Part shown: positions 27,123-37,832 of the stretch, piece by piece
How the letters are laid out: every line of letters begins with the position of its first letter
How positions within the stretch are numbered: position 1 is the first letter of the stretch
NCBI GenBank assembly: GCA_016188115.1
Contig: JACPIK010000002.1
Location: 680,077 to 744,076, forward strand
Direction: 5' to 3'
DNA: 64,000 nucleotides
From: Candidatus Woesearchaeota archaeon
GTDB lineage: Archaea > Nanobdellota > Nanobdellia > Woesearchaeales > GW2011-AR9
Translations under genes and position numbers: made by a program
Notes under the pieces: generated by a model
Told to the model about the DNA's origin: nothing
Database searches by the model: none
What the model saw: the letters and a program-made list of their open reading frames with translations, nothing else

Positions 27123-30100
27123 GATGAGCCCCCCCCGGAATTACATTGTGCTTCCAAGATTGGTTTAGTCGCTGCACTTGCTGCAGAAATTTGAAAGTTA
27201 GCTAGTTCTACTCCATCACTAATTTTACATGCTTTTGCTTCGGTTGCGCTAATACATTTATACGCATAAACAGAATCAGTAATAGGCAGAGTATACCCCT
27301 TAGCACCACAAAGAGATGAATCTGCTAAAGCCCTCTTCGCAGCAGCCACTTTCCCTTCATTACAATATTTCACAACACCTTTGTTAAACTTCTTATCTAC
27401 CTCACATAAATACGCATAGATTTTGTGAAACTCATCTGTATTTTCAAGATCGTCATCATCCGTCTCTTCACTTCCTTTATCATAACCCGCAGCTATATCA
27501 CCAGAATAATCCCGCAAGAAGAAATATTTCAAAAGATTATCAATATTCACAGCGTACGTTTCAATACTGCCTTGTTTTTGTCCTTTCATAATCAACGATA
27601 AAATTTCATAATACAATGTCATCACGTTACTCATGTCGCCTTGTAATTTCTGCAATTCCTCGGTCGCAATCTCATGAACACGATCATAATTTTCTTGCAT
27701 AAAGAAATCATGAACTCCGCCAAGTTCAGCAATAGCCATTGGTTGACGCTGAATACGCACAAGTTGAACATGACGATTTTTACCAATTGCCGGTTGTTTA
27801 GTAACTTGTGTTGCAAACGCACAGCCCTTGCTTTCATCCTGATCTAATAACTCATACACTACCTGAACATCTTTCCAATTATTCTGTGTTGCATAGACAC
27901 TTCTCTTCGACACTCGATAAGTACATTGTAATGGTTGCGCAGAAAAGTCTGGTTGACCAATCACTTGACTAATCACAAACCCGTCTGCATTAAATTGTGC
28001 CGCGTTGGCATTTTCTAATGACATAGCTGCAACACCATCTTTTTGCAGCAACCCGCCAGTGATAGAATACCCATTACGTGAAGAAGTAGACGTTAACGAC
28101 GCATCAGCAGGAACAGTAACTTGCACAAGAGTGTTTTGCACCTGAGTAAACGAGAAGACAAACTCATTACGATCTTGCACGGTTTCAGGAGACCCAAAAT
28201 AATTTGGCTGATTTGGACATCCCGCATTACTTGGAGCTCCATTCACTTTTTCTAATTGATTTGACATTCCGCCAAACATTGTCTCCGTTACTGGACCTAA
28301 TACATCTTCTTTGAGATATGTTCCTTGCACATTCTCTGGAATGACCGCAGCCCCCACTACTTCAGGAACACCTGGAAGATTTCGCACCGTACGTCGTAAA
28401 CACATCCCTTTGCCATTCAAAGCAAGATTAACACGTACACGAATATCATCATGTTCACTCGCAACAAAAATATTAGGAGTGCGACAATCAACCCATTTAT
28501 CATTGCGTTTATCATAACATTCCATATACGGAGATTCAATCGCTGCTTGACCAGTACCGAACAGACTTGCTAATTCAGGACAATCATACCGACCCGACAC
28601 AGCATCAACAGTACAAGTAGCAACACCAGGAGGAGTAACATCAGTAATTGGTTGATACCATACTCCTTTACGACCAGAAAGAACCTCTTTATCAAAACAT
28701 AATTCTGGATTTTCACCAGGATCTAATTCCAGTTCTACTTTAACGTGATCGTAACGGAAATGAGAATCGACACGTTGAGGTGTTTCAATAGGCACACTAA
28801 ACATTCTTCCTCCTTGAATGTTCATACTCGTATCAATAATTTTTTCACGTTCACCAGCAAATTCGGGTGCTTTGCTCGCGCGTAAACAATCGCAACCTTT
28901 GCCATTACACGATTCATCCACACCAAAAAATCCTCGATCTTCCGGACCAATGCATTCCAAAGACACTTGTGAACGAGTAATCTTACAACCAGGCATAACA
29001 ATAACACCAATTTCATAATTATGAATGGCTGTTTCTTTTGCAGGGTTAAATGTACTTAACTCACGAAATGCAGGAGCAACCACAACAGAACTATGTGTTG
29101 GAAACGCATATGCCGCATCTAGTAAAAAGTCCTCACTAAATAAAGGAAAATCAAACCCAAATGCTGCCATACACATTGATTGCGCAAATCCCTGTGCGCC
29201 ACCTTGGAAGTAATTATTTAATTGCGCATTACCATAATCACTTTTGATATCATTCACCGATGATTGCAGCGCACTCGACATCCCTTGAGTGCCTTCCTTA
29301 AGCACAACGCCAATATCTTCAAACGCACCGCCTTTTCCAATATCATCAAAGTTTGAAGGTGTACAGCTTGTAAGCATCGCTGCAACTCCTTTATACACTA
29401 AACCACAGACATTCTGACTAAACCAGGTCTTACACGCACCCGCATCATATAATCCAGTATATTTCGCTTCAACTAAACAATTACGTAATCCAACTAAGAT
29501 ACTCTCAATCATCACCATGTGTTTAAGAATACCTGAGGTGCACATTGTTTGCACGGATTCAATAAGACCAGCATGAGGATCTACTTTTGCAACCTGTTTA
29601 TCCTCACCACGAATATAATCAATCAAATAATCCTGACCAAACGCGCCAGAAAAATCACGTCCATGATAATAGCGAATCGTTGGATAATTTGTTCCAAACT
29701 TGCCATTTGATTCTTTAAAGATACGTTCCTCTCGATAGAACCACTCTTCCTCAACACCGGGTTTGTATTTTCCAATTTCTACAGCAGTGCGTAAACTACG
29801 GTCTCCACTTGGTTCTATTGACGCATCCGGTTTCTTACCCATACATACACATTGATAGAATTCAGGCTCTTTATTTTCAGTAAATGATTCAATAAAACAA
29901 TCTTTAGTATATCCCGTGGCATACCGTTCAGTTTTATCAACAGTACCTAATTTTTTACCATTTTTATCATATAACTGAGTAATTCCACTTTCATCTTTAC
30001 CTTCTTTATAACAGCCTTTTCCTAAATGTCCCAGATCAGAATCAGTTTTAAACTCACCACCATACCTTCCTTTATAGGGGTCAGTACAAGCTTCTTGACA

Positions 30101-32878
30101 AGAAATATCTCTTCCAGCAATAAGACCCTCAGATCCAGGGGGTTGATAAACAACAAGTCTTTCAGATTTTTCTAGCCCACCTAATAATTTATTCGCGGAA
30201 CGAAGATGAAATACGCCTACTTGTTCATCACGAGGAACTTGTTCACTAGGATCCATAAAAAAGACAGTATCACTTCCATCTCCTTTAGTCCAACATTTTG
30301 CAACATCTTTAGTGTCTATAGTTAAACCAGTAGAATCTGCTTTCAATCTTTCCTGACAATTCTCCAATGGAATCAATGGTGCACCACGTCCCGTCACCGC
30401 GCATGCATTCTGCTCCTGTATGACATTATTAATCTGTTCTTCAGTCTTATCCTCTGTCCATCCAGCAGGAACAGCACGGCAAAATGCGCGATCACACGTC
30501 CAACGATATGCTGTATCCAACGCTGCTTCAAATTTCCACGCCGTTGTCGTCGAATCACACTGCTCATCAAGAGTATGCGCTTTTGTGTTAGGACCATCAA
30601 CAAGACCCCCATCAGCCTCATACCAATCTACAACCGCTTGAGGTAAATCTTTTTTATATTGTTCATCAGCTTTGATAAGAGCATACCAATTCTCCAGCGT
30701 TTCACGCATATACAAATTATTTTGTTTAAGCGGACATTTACCGCTGCTATCAAACCCTTCCCCTTTCTGCTTCGCTTTTGCTTCAGGTTTTGCTAATTCA
30801 AAATATGATTCTAAACGTGATGTTGCCACACGCACACCACGACTTACCCATCTTCCTAAGAAAGACGCAATACAACTTACTCCCGTAATCAAATAGGCTG
30901 TTTCGACATACTCACGCGCAGTTTGTAATTGGGTAATTGTCCAATTTAATGCTGCAACACCATCATTCGCAATAAAGTCCGGAATTAAATCAGCGCTATC
31001 AACAGGAATATCCACAAAATACCCAATATCTTGACAAGTAGTTTGGGTTTTAGTTCCACTCCATTTATCCTCTCCACCCTCGGCTTTGCCTTCCCGTTCT
31101 TCGTATTCAATAGAAATCTTAATAGGAAACATTAATTGCCGTTTCTTAAAATCATTCCAAAAATCGTCTTCTTTCTTACTAAATTCCGCAGCCCCAATCA
31201 GTGTCCACGTTGCATAGACCGCTTCCTCACCTTTCAATGGTCGAGTAGAACCCGGCATAAGTTGACAACCAAGACCAAATTTCTCATCTTCTTGCATTGA
31301 TTGCGTACACGCTTTCTCAATACGCACATTCTTTATTCTATAAGCTCGTTCATAGACTTCCCCACTTTTATCAAGTACCGGCGTGCCTTGACCTAAATAA
31401 TTAAACTTAAAGACTGCTTGAATTTCCTGACGCCCTTCATCAAGTAATGTTGGATTCAACGCATACGGTGTTTGGAATTTAACCATATTCTCAACACCAA
31501 ACGCCAGATCGCCCGACGCGCAGGAATTAACATTAACCGTTCGCTGCCACGAAATTGATTTACCGCTTTCGTCTTCCGCAATTAAAAAGACATGATATGT
31601 TGCCTGTTGTGCTGCAGCAACTGCTTCCTGAATAGGAAAAATAGTATATTCTAACAACTGGATGGGAACTTCTCGAGGTGTTAATTTTTTAGCCGTAAGT
31701 TGATCACGCAAAGATAAAGAAAAATCAACATCTTTAAAGCGAAACGACCCATTTTGATCTGCTTCGACAACTTTTACTGCACGACTAAAATCAGGATGAA
31801 ATTCGTATCCTTGCGGTCGATAAATGTACAAGTACACTTTTGCTCCAGGTTCTGTTTCTCCTGAAATGGAAGATTCAGCTCGACCTTCATAAAATTGATA
31901 TCCCTTCTCTATCTCTGCGCGTAACGTGGGAGCGCGCGTATCCGCTTTCACTAAAAACTGCTTCTCGCTTTGCCATCCAGCCCGATCCGCTGCCACAACC
32001 ACAATAGTATTATCGCCTTCTTGTAAGCTTACTTCCAAAGAAAAGAAAGTAGTAGGAGGACTTTGCGCAACAGAACGATTGTTAACAAATATTTCCACGC
32101 TTGAATTTTCGCTAATTGTCCCATTAAGAACGATCCGATTCTCATTTGCAAATTCTTCAATAGGAATCAATTGAACCACAGGTTTGTGAGTATCGGCAAA
32201 AACCACAGTAGTAGTATTAGCTTTATTGCCAAAGGCATCAGTTGCTTCAATAAAAATAAGATTTTCTTTTTCTGCATCAAGTGTAATTCCACTCACTTTG
32301 AACTCACCATCAGTAACACCAGAACTTGCACCAACTGCCTGCGTGCTTGCGCCCAATCGACCATTTACAAGTACCCGTACACTTGCTCCATTCTCTGCTG
32401 TTCCATTAAAAGAAAGAGAAGTACCTTGGATAACTTCCGGTAGCACGACCACCACTCCTGAAGTAGAAAGATCCTGCGCTGCTGTTTGAAATGAATAATA
32501 ACTTCCCTGCGCATCATCAACCACATCACCGCTTTGCACTTTATATTGATACGTCGTTTGGGAACTAAGACCAGACAAAGGCAATCGATGCTCAATAACC
32601 TCATCAGCATCACCACGTCGCACAAACTCAGCAGGATCAGTGCCAAACTCAACAAAACTATTTGCCGCTTCATCAGTTTCCCATGCAAGTATTGCGCTAT
32701 CCTGCGTAACATTTTCAGCACGCACATGAGATATCTCAAGCGCAGAAACCAACGTCGTATTCACCAGTAAAAAGAGCACACCAAGTACCATTATCTTCCA
32801 AGCAGTACTACTAACGTAACTACCCCTGTAACTTCTTGCGTGACTACTCGTGTGTTTTGTTTTTACCATGTTAATCAT
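27119..32878 (-). CDS. Giant (1919 aa) secreted/surface protein with N-terminal fn3-like and Ig-like repeats and a large Cys-containing C-terminal region
   Basis: Signal-anchor IMVLGVLFLLVNTTLVSA. fn3-like ISHVRAENVTQDSAILAWETD...TTYQYKVQS. Repeated beta-rich segments. No catalytic motif recognised. Confidence 0.6.
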   Translation of the reverse strand: MINMVKTKHTSSHARSYRGSYVSSTAWKIMVLGVLFLLVNTTLVSALEISHVRAENVTQDSAILAWETDEAANSFVEFGTDPAEFVRRGDADEVIEHRLPLSGLSSQTTYQYKVQSGDVVDDAQGSYYSFQTAAQDLSTSGVVVVLPEVIQGTSLSFNGTAENGASVRVLVNGRLGASTQAVGASSGVTDGEFKVSGITLDAEKENLIFIEATDAFGNKANTTTVVFADTHKPVVQLIPIEEFANENRIVLNGTISENSSVEIFVNNRSVAQSPPTTFFSLEVSLQEGDNTIVVVAADRAGWQSEKQFLVKADTRAPTLRAEIEKGYQFYEGRAESSISGETEPGAKVYLYIYRPQGYEFHPDFSRAVKVVEADQNGSFRFKDVDFSLSLRDQLTAKKLTPREVPIQLLEYTIFPIQEAVAAAQQATYHVFLIAEDESGKSISWQRTVNVNSCASGDLAFGVENMVKFQTPYALNPTLLDEGRQEIQAVFKFNYLGQGTPVLDKSGEVYERAYRIKNVRIEKACTQSMQEDEKFGLGCQLMPGSTRPLKGEEAVYATWTLIGAAEFSKKEDDFWNDFKKRQLMFPIKISIEYEEREGKAEGGEDKWSGTKTQTTCQDIGYFVDIPVDSADLIPDFIANDGVAALNWTITQLQTAREYVETAYLITGVSCIASFLGRWVSRGVRVATSRLESYFELAKPEAKAKQKGEGFDSSGKCPLKQNNLYMRETLENWYALIKADEQYKKDLPQAVVDWYEADGGLVDGPNTKAHTLDEQCDSTTTAWKFEAALDTAYRWTCDRAFCRAVPAGWTEDKTEEQINNVIQEQNACAVTGRGAPLIPLENCQERLKADSTGLTIDTKDVAKCWTKGDGSDTVFFMDPSEQVPRDEQVGVFHLRSANKLLGGLEKSERLVVYQPPGSEGLIAGRDISCQEACTDPYKGRYGGEFKTDSDLGHLGKGCYKEGKDESGITQLYDKNGKKLGTVDKTERYATGYTKDCFIESFTENKEPEFYQCVCMGKKPDASIEPSGDRSLRTAVEIGKYKPGVEEEWFYREERIFKESNGKFGTNYPTIRYYHGRDFSGAFGQDYLIDYIRGEDKQVAKVDPHAGLIESVQTMCTSGILKHMVMIESILVGLRNCLVEAKYTGLYDAGACKTWFSQNVCGLVYKGVAAMLTSCTPSNFDDIGKGGAFEDIGVVLKEGTQGMSSALQSSVNDIKSDYGNAQLNNYFQGGAQGFAQSMCMAAFGFDFPLFSEDFLLDAAYAFPTHSSVVVAPAFRELSTFNPAKETAIHNYEIGVIVMPGCKITRSQVSLECIGPEDRGFFGVDESCNGKGCDCLRASKAPEFAGEREKIIDTSMNIQGGRMFSVPIETPQRVDSHFRYDHVKVELELDPGENPELCFDKEVLSGRKGVWYQPITDVTPPGVATCTVDAVSGRYDCPELASLFGTGQAAIESPYMECYDKRNDKWVDCRTPNIFVASEHDDIRVRVNLALNGKGMCLRRTVRNLPGVPEVVGAAVIPENVQGTYLKEDVLGPVTETMFGGMSNQLEKVNGAPSNAGCPNQPNYFGSPETVQDRNEFVFSFTQVQNTLVQVTVPADASLTSTSSRNGYSITGGLLQKDGVAAMSLENANAAQFNADGFVISQVIGQPDFSAQPLQCTYRVSKRSVYATQNNWKDVQVVYELLDQDESKGCAFATQVTKQPAIGKNRHVQLVRIQRQPMAIAELGGVHDFFMQENYDRVHEIATEELQKLQGDMSNVMTLYYEILSLIMKGQKQGSIETYAVNIDNLLKYFFLRDYSGDIAAGYDKGSEETDDDDLENTDEFHKIYAYLCEVDKKFNKGVVKYCNEGKVAAAKRALADSSLCGAKGYTLPITDSVYAYKCISATEAKACKISDGVELANFQISAASAATKPILEAQCNSGGGSS

Positions 32879-32894
32879 TTAAGATTGAAATTGT

Positions 32895-34937
32895 TTAAGA
32901 TTGAACCTCAGGAAGAGGGACTGCATAGCTATATTGCGCTAAATCCCCCATTAATTCTAATATCCCCTCCGTTGAGCTATCTGTTGGGACTAATGTGTGA
33001 ATTATAATTTTGTGAGCTTCTTCAAGTTCATCCCATGCTACTGACCAATTTCCTTTATAGCCGCCGATAATTTCACCGCCAACTTCTCCTGCTTCTCCTT
33101 TAAGTAAGAGTACTTCCAAAGGATATGTAAAATCCGCTTCTGCTAAAAATTCAATATTTTGTTGCGATTGTATATGAGGATCAAGCGTCGCAGAAATAAC
33201 TGCTTTTGATTCATGAAAATGCGTTGCGAAGAGATCGCGTTTTGTACGATTTGCATCATAATATAGTGAAACAAACGCCGTAACCTCATCATCTAATGCA
33301 ACTGCGGGACCAACCTGAGTAGGAGACGTAAACGAATGAGTAACGATCTCAATATTTGAAATGGGAAATTTTTGGAGAGGAATTAAGTCAAATTCAACTT
33401 CTGCATCAGGCGTCGTAATGACTCGTTTCCAATCTTCTTTATACCCTTCTTTAGTCGCGCGAACAATCGCGCCGCCGCATTGAGGCACATTAGTACGCGC
33501 CGCCGCAACATCACCCATACCGGCAAAATCATACTGAGTTGAAACAATATTATCGCATTGATAACGCAAACAAGAGTAAGACATCTCAACATTCTCCAAT
33601 GGAACACGCCAATATACCCCTGTTTGCCAATTCTCTACCAATTTATAGGTCTTCATCATCAAAGGAACTGAACCACTTTGACAAAATTCTTCATCACCAT
33701 ATGCCCCAAAGACTCCAGAAACAGCTTGTGTAGGCACCGCATTTCTATTCGCGATATTTCGCGCAAGATGTACTGTAAATGCGGTTTTAAAATCATAACC
33801 CGTCGTTTCATCACGAACATGAACCATAACCGGATAACTCACATCATAGGTAAATTTCCAAGATTGCAAACAGAAAAATGACAAGAGAGCATTTTTCTGC
33901 CCTAACTGATTGCTACGTAAAACTCGACCACTTCGCGGAGTAACATCAAACGAAAAAGGATACGAATCATCAAACGAAAAAACCACTGACACATCATCAT
34001 TAAACAAAATATCATCGCCAATATCCCAAACATAATGATTAGTATAATATGATAAATCTTCAGGATATTCAACAATATCAGTGCCTTTTACCTGCAAACG
34101 CGCAAGGTTATATCGCAACAAATCTTTCAGAGTTTGTTTAACAGTATCAATCTCCCAGCGTTTTGTCCCGCAACTTACTTCAAATCCCGCAACAGGCACA
34201 TCAGGATGTTCTAATGCAATCAAATCCTGTGTCAAATCTTCTAATTTAAGATCACGCAGTTCTCGTTCTACAATTCGCCGAGAAAGATCATAAACACGTT
34301 TAAGTTTGATGTCAGATTCTGCAACGTGATCCACCACTTCAGTAACAACTTCTCCGTTTTTGTCCCGAATGACTAAATGCCATCGCACATTAAAAATGAT
34401 TTTGCTCTCAACAAGTTCTGTGTTAACTTTTACAAGATCCCTCTCTTCAATTTGATAAGTATCGAGTCGATCAGGTTCAAACACACACCCATGAAGTTTT
34501 TGTTCAATTTCCCGATCAAGTTGCATTTTGATTTCATCTAACGTAGGATACATCGTTTGCGTGCCATATGCCCAATATGGAACTAAAGAGAGAGGAGAAG
34601 TACGTAAATGTAAATTAGCATTCTCTGCAATCGAAGAAGGTACAGAAAGATATCCGCCCTGCGCTCCTAAACGGCGAACCGCATCTTCTCCAATAGATTC
34701 AATACAAGAAGTAATGAGTGATTCCACGCGACTTTTCTCCGTGGGAATAATTTCTCCAGGTTTGAAGGTAACTATTTCAGTTTTAATAGCAATAATTAAG
34801 ATAATTGCAAGCAACGCCACTATCCCCAGAATAATAAAAATTGTTACTTGACCCTTCCGTGAACCAGAAAACAAAATAGGAGAAGACCTAATAGTATAGT
34901 TACTACTAAAAACACGATCCAACCTCTTTTTTTGCAT
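32895..34937 (-). CDS. N-terminally membrane-anchored 680-aa extracellular protein (first gene of the surface operon)
   Basis: TM VTIFIILGIVALLAIILIIAI. A TATA-like element lies 15-30 bp upstream. Confidence 0.5.
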   Translation of the reverse strand: MQKKRLDRVFSSNYTIRSSPILFSGSRKGQVTIFIILGIVALLAIILIIAIKTEIVTFKPGEIIPTEKSRVESLITSCIESIGEDAVRRLGAQGGYLSVPSSIAENANLHLRTSPLSLVPYWAYGTQTMYPTLDEIKMQLDREIEQKLHGCVFEPDRLDTYQIEERDLVKVNTELVESKIIFNVRWHLVIRDKNGEVVTEVVDHVAESDIKLKRVYDLSRRIVERELRDLKLEDLTQDLIALEHPDVPVAGFEVSCGTKRWEIDTVKQTLKDLLRYNLARLQVKGTDIVEYPEDLSYYTNHYVWDIGDDILFNDDVSVVFSFDDSYPFSFDVTPRSGRVLRSNQLGQKNALLSFFCLQSWKFTYDVSYPVMVHVRDETTGYDFKTAFTVHLARNIANRNAVPTQAVSGVFGAYGDEEFCQSGSVPLMMKTYKLVENWQTGVYWRVPLENVEMSYSCLRYQCDNIVSTQYDFAGMGDVAAARTNVPQCGGAIVRATKEGYKEDWKRVITTPDAEVEFDLIPLQKFPISNIEIVTHSFTSPTQVGPAVALDDEVTAFVSLYYDANRTKRDLFATHFHESKAVISATLDPHIQSQQNIEFLAEADFTYPLEVLLLKGEAGEVGGEIIGGYKGNWSVAWDELEEAHKIIIHTLVPTDSSTEGILELMGDLAQYSYAVPLPEVQS

Positions 34938-34951
34938 TAGGTTAATGATAG

Positions 34952-34967
34952 TTATATAATTTATAAA
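34952..34967 (-). promoter_or_regulatory. TATA-like promoter element (TTATATAATTTATAAA) for the four-gene surface operon
   Basis: An AT-rich TATA-like sequence 15-30 bp upstream of the ATG at 34937. Confidence 0.4.
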
Positions 34968-35152
34968 GCTTGTGCTACCGCCCCGTCTATAACTTTACCT
35001 ATTTTCAACAAATATATTTACCCAGTTCGATTAAAAAAAACAGCATTTAACGAAAGTGCATTTAACATTAAGAATTTTCCTAAAAATGATTAAAAGGGAC
35101 ACAAGAAGAGTATAGAAACAATAGTCTCTTACACAAAATCATCCGAAATATC

Positions 35153-35971
35153 TTATCCTATGTATGTTACATCTTCATCTATATGTTTTGCACCCGGAAC
35201 AGAACCAGACAACATTTCAGAGGTCCATTCCTGCGTTCGTTTAAGCAGCTCTTGTTCCAACGCCACTACATCTTGAGAAAGTTTAGTAACATTAATTTTG
35301 TAAGAATATTTAGTGTTAATAACGCGAATCAATTCACGCGCGCCCGTAACACCCACATACATGGGATGAAGATGAGTCTCTGCTAAAAGAGCAACCGCAG
35401 TTACACCTCGCCGTTTGCCTAAACCCAATAAAACTCCAGAGACGCCAATAATTGGTCCAACGACCTTAAAAATAGACTTTTCCACACCTAATTTTTTTGC
35501 AGTATATTCTTTGAACAACGCCAGATCATTCGCCGTGCAAAAGACTTTGGGCTCTTTAGGAGTTTCTTGCAAACCAATTCCGCCTAACGCAATAACATGA
35601 GAACCGCCAAACTGCTGTACAATTCGCAAAATTTCTTCACAAAAAGTATAACAACCTTCTTCATCAATAGGTTGGATATCCCCCACTAAAATGAGTAAAT
35701 CTCTTTTACCAGATTGAGGTGTGAATTTCTTGTAATAGAGTTCAATTTTAGGTTCATCGATGAGATTATCTTCATTTACAAACACAGAATGAGGAAATTT
35801 ATGAGAGAAAAATGAATACAATTTGACAGCTTTTAACTCCTCAACAAAAAAATCAGCCGTGATTTTACCCACATTACCAATACCGGGTAACCCTTCAATA
35901 AAAACAGGATTAGATAATTTAGGGAGAACTTTAACTTCTTGCACAATCTCCCATTTTGTAGACATAAACAT
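35153..35971 (-). CDS. PAC2-family (proteasome assembly chaperone-like) protein
   Basis: The N-terminal IEGLPGIGNVGKI motif is characteristic of the PAC2/DUF75 family. Confidence 0.5.
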   Translation of the reverse strand: MFMSTKWEIVQEVKVLPKLSNPVFIEGLPGIGNVGKITADFFVEELKAVKLYSFFSHKFPHSVFVNEDNLIDEPKIELYYKKFTPQSGKRDLLILVGDIQPIDEEGCYTFCEEILRIVQQFGGSHVIALGGIGLQETPKEPKVFCTANDLALFKEYTAKKLGVEKSIFKVVGPIIGVSGVLLGLGKRRGVTAVALLAETHLHPMYVGVTGARELIRVINTKYSYKINVTKLSQDVVALEQELLKRTQEWTSEMLSGSVPGAKHIDEDVTYIG

Positions 35972-36004
35972 CCTGAAGAAAAACCAAGTTTATATAGATT
36001 TGGA

Positions 36005-36412
36005 TTACTTCTCTAAATAAATATCACACAGGAAACCAAGATCTTCTCGACCAATCTTAACATCCCCATCTGAGAGTTCTGCCAATGCCATATCAACTTC
36101 TCGTGCCTGTCGTTGTTGATAGACACTGGATTGTATTGCTTTTAGCAAACCATAACCTGCAACCATCAAACCAACAAAACCACTCAAATACAGTTCATAA
36201 TCTCCACCATCTCTAAGTACACCAAATGAAGTTCCACTAAGTACTGTAGCCGGAAGTGCTGCTCCTAAAGCGCGTGCATAGCATCTTCCATATTCTTTCT
36301 CTTGAACATGCATCCTCCAAAGTGACCCTATAAAAGCCATAGCTTCATCTGGTTCTGATAATTTTTGCCATTGAGTTCGTGCAGCTTCTAATTTTGAGGA
36401 GTCATAAACCAT
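36005..36412 (-). CDS. Hypothetical small membrane-associated protein
   Basis: ORF with one hydrophobic segment (GFVGLMVAGYGLL). Confidence 0.3.
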   Translation of the reverse strand: MVYDSSKLEAARTQWQKLSEPDEAMAFIGSLWRMHVQEKEYGRCYARALGAALPATVLSGTSFGVLRDGGDYELYLSGFVGLMVAGYGLLKAIQSSVYQQRQAREVDMALAELSDGDVKIGREDLGFLCDIYLEK

Positions 36413-36601
36413 AAAAATTGAAAAATAGACACTATTTAAAAATGTTACTACCTAGAAGAGACATTACAAAAGTTCTAAAATTAAAGATAAACATTAATAA
36501 ATAGCTCGCAATTTTTTAACAAGTCCTCAAAGTGCCAATGGATGTGTCGGCAGTAAAAAATCATTCTGATTTTTGAGTCGCCACATAGCATAAAAAATTC
36601 A

Positions 36602-36691
36602 TGCGGATGTGTCGGAGTGGTCAAACGAGCTACCTTGAGGGGGTAGTGGCTTAGTGCCTGCGCAGGTTCGAACCCTGTCTTCCGCACCATT
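36602..36691 (+). tRNA. tRNA-Leu (anticodon GAG), type II long variable arm, CCA encoded
   Basis: Hand-folded. Acceptor GCGGATG/CTTCCGC (one U-U mismatch at 6:67), D-arm TCG-GAGTGGTCAAA-CGA, anticodon arm CTACC-TTGAGGG-GGTAG, 15-nt variable arm, T-arm GCAGG-TTCGAAC-CCTGT, discriminator A, CCA, then a T5 run. Confidence 0.8.
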
Positions 36692-36695
36692 TTTT

Positions 36696-37214
36696 ATGAA
36701 AAAAGAACAGTTTGGTATACCCTGGAAAGTTAGTATATTCTTCTTGATCATCATATTACTAGCTTATTTTGCAGCAGAATTAACAATTTTTTATTCAGTC
36801 TCTTTACCAATCATTCTTTTTTTTGTTATTTTTTGTTTTGGAAGTGTATTAGTTTATTATTATTGGTTCCTAAAAAACAAGAAAAAATGGCTATTCTTAT
36901 TTGGTATCTCAGGTTTATTTTTATTTGTTTTAATTTTTTTCTCCAGTGCTTATTCACAATTACCCACTAACTCAACCAATTACATTTCAGATTCTGACAA
37001 TGCCAATTATTCAGAAGAAGGCAATATTACAAATCTAAATTTTAAAGATGCATTTTATTTTTCTACGGTTACATTATCAACAACAGGATATGGAGATATT
37101 ACTCCCCACGGTTATTTTAGAGATTTGGTTATAACTGAGATATTATTAGGAGTTTTCCTAACTGTGTTCACATTAAGTGGGATTTATAGTCTTCTCAAAG
37201 AAGAGAATGAATAA
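36696..37214 (+). CDS. Minimal K+ channel-like protein with canonical selectivity filter
   Basis: TVTLSTTGYGDITP (TxxTxGYGD) flanked by a pore helix and outer/inner TM helices. 172 aa. The track ORF start at 36654 overlaps the tRNA. The ATG at 36696 is more plausible. Confidence 0.7.
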   Translation: MKKEQFGIPWKVSIFFLIIILLAYFAAELTIFYSVSLPIILFFVIFCFGSVLVYYYWFLKNKKKWLFLFGISGLFLFVLIFFSSAYSQLPTNSTNYISDSDNANYSEEGNITNLNFKDAFYFSTVTLSTTGYGDITPHGYFRDLVITEILLGVFLTVFTLSGIYSLLKEENE

Positions 37215-37766
37215 CTATTTCGTTCGACTCACACACCCATTCTCTTCCATCCAAAATCGCCACTCCAAATGTGTATCTCGCGTGATCCCAATGCGAGCCC
37301 CTTTAGCTACCATAAAATTTCTTAATCCGTCATCTAACAGCTTTATCTTCACTCCGGCCTTAGTTCCATTAAATGCCCCATCAATTCCCAATGCTGAACA
37401 TAATTTTCCGGGACCAGAACATAAATCAACAATTTTACTCTTTCCACGCCGCTTTCGCATCTCTTCCAATCCCACGAGTGGTTCTGCCGCGCGAATCAAC
37501 ACTGCCCCCGCATCATCTTTCTCAGTTGTAAAATTCAAACACCAATACATCCCATAAATAAAATAAACATACACATGACCATAGGTATCATACATTAACG
37601 CGCTACGTGACGTTCTCGTAAACGCATGCGACGCCCCATCTCGTTTATACGCCTCTGTTTCAACAATTCGTACCCGACAACCATCAACCTCAATGATTTT
37701 ACCAATCAGTTCTTGCGCAACCACCACTGAATCACGAGCAAAAAACGAAACAGGAAGAGATTTCAT
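37215..37766 (-). CDS. 3-methyladenine (methylpurine) DNA glycosylase, MPG/AAG family
   Basis: FFARDSVVVAQELIGKII...IVETEAY...ASHA...YVYFIYGMYWCLN...AVLIRAAEP is the family signature. Confidence 0.8.
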   Translation of the reverse strand: MKSLPVSFFARDSVVVAQELIGKIIEVDGCRVRIVETEAYKRDGASHAFTRTSRSALMYDTYGHVYVYFIYGMYWCLNFTTEKDDAGAVLIRAAEPLVGLEEMRKRRGKSKIVDLCSGPGKLCSALGIDGAFNGTKAGVKIKLLDDGLRNFMVAKGARIGITRDTHLEWRFWMEENGCVSRTK

Positions 37767-37832
37767 AACCTCTCAAATCCTCCGAATTATAAAAAAGCAA
37801 CGACCGCATCCAATTAAAATCAGCAACAAAAC

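Noticed and set aside
36654-37214. Track start of the K+ channel ORF at 36654
   Set aside because: The first 14 codons lie inside tRNA-Leu. The ATG at 36696, immediately after the tRNA terminator, is the plausible start.
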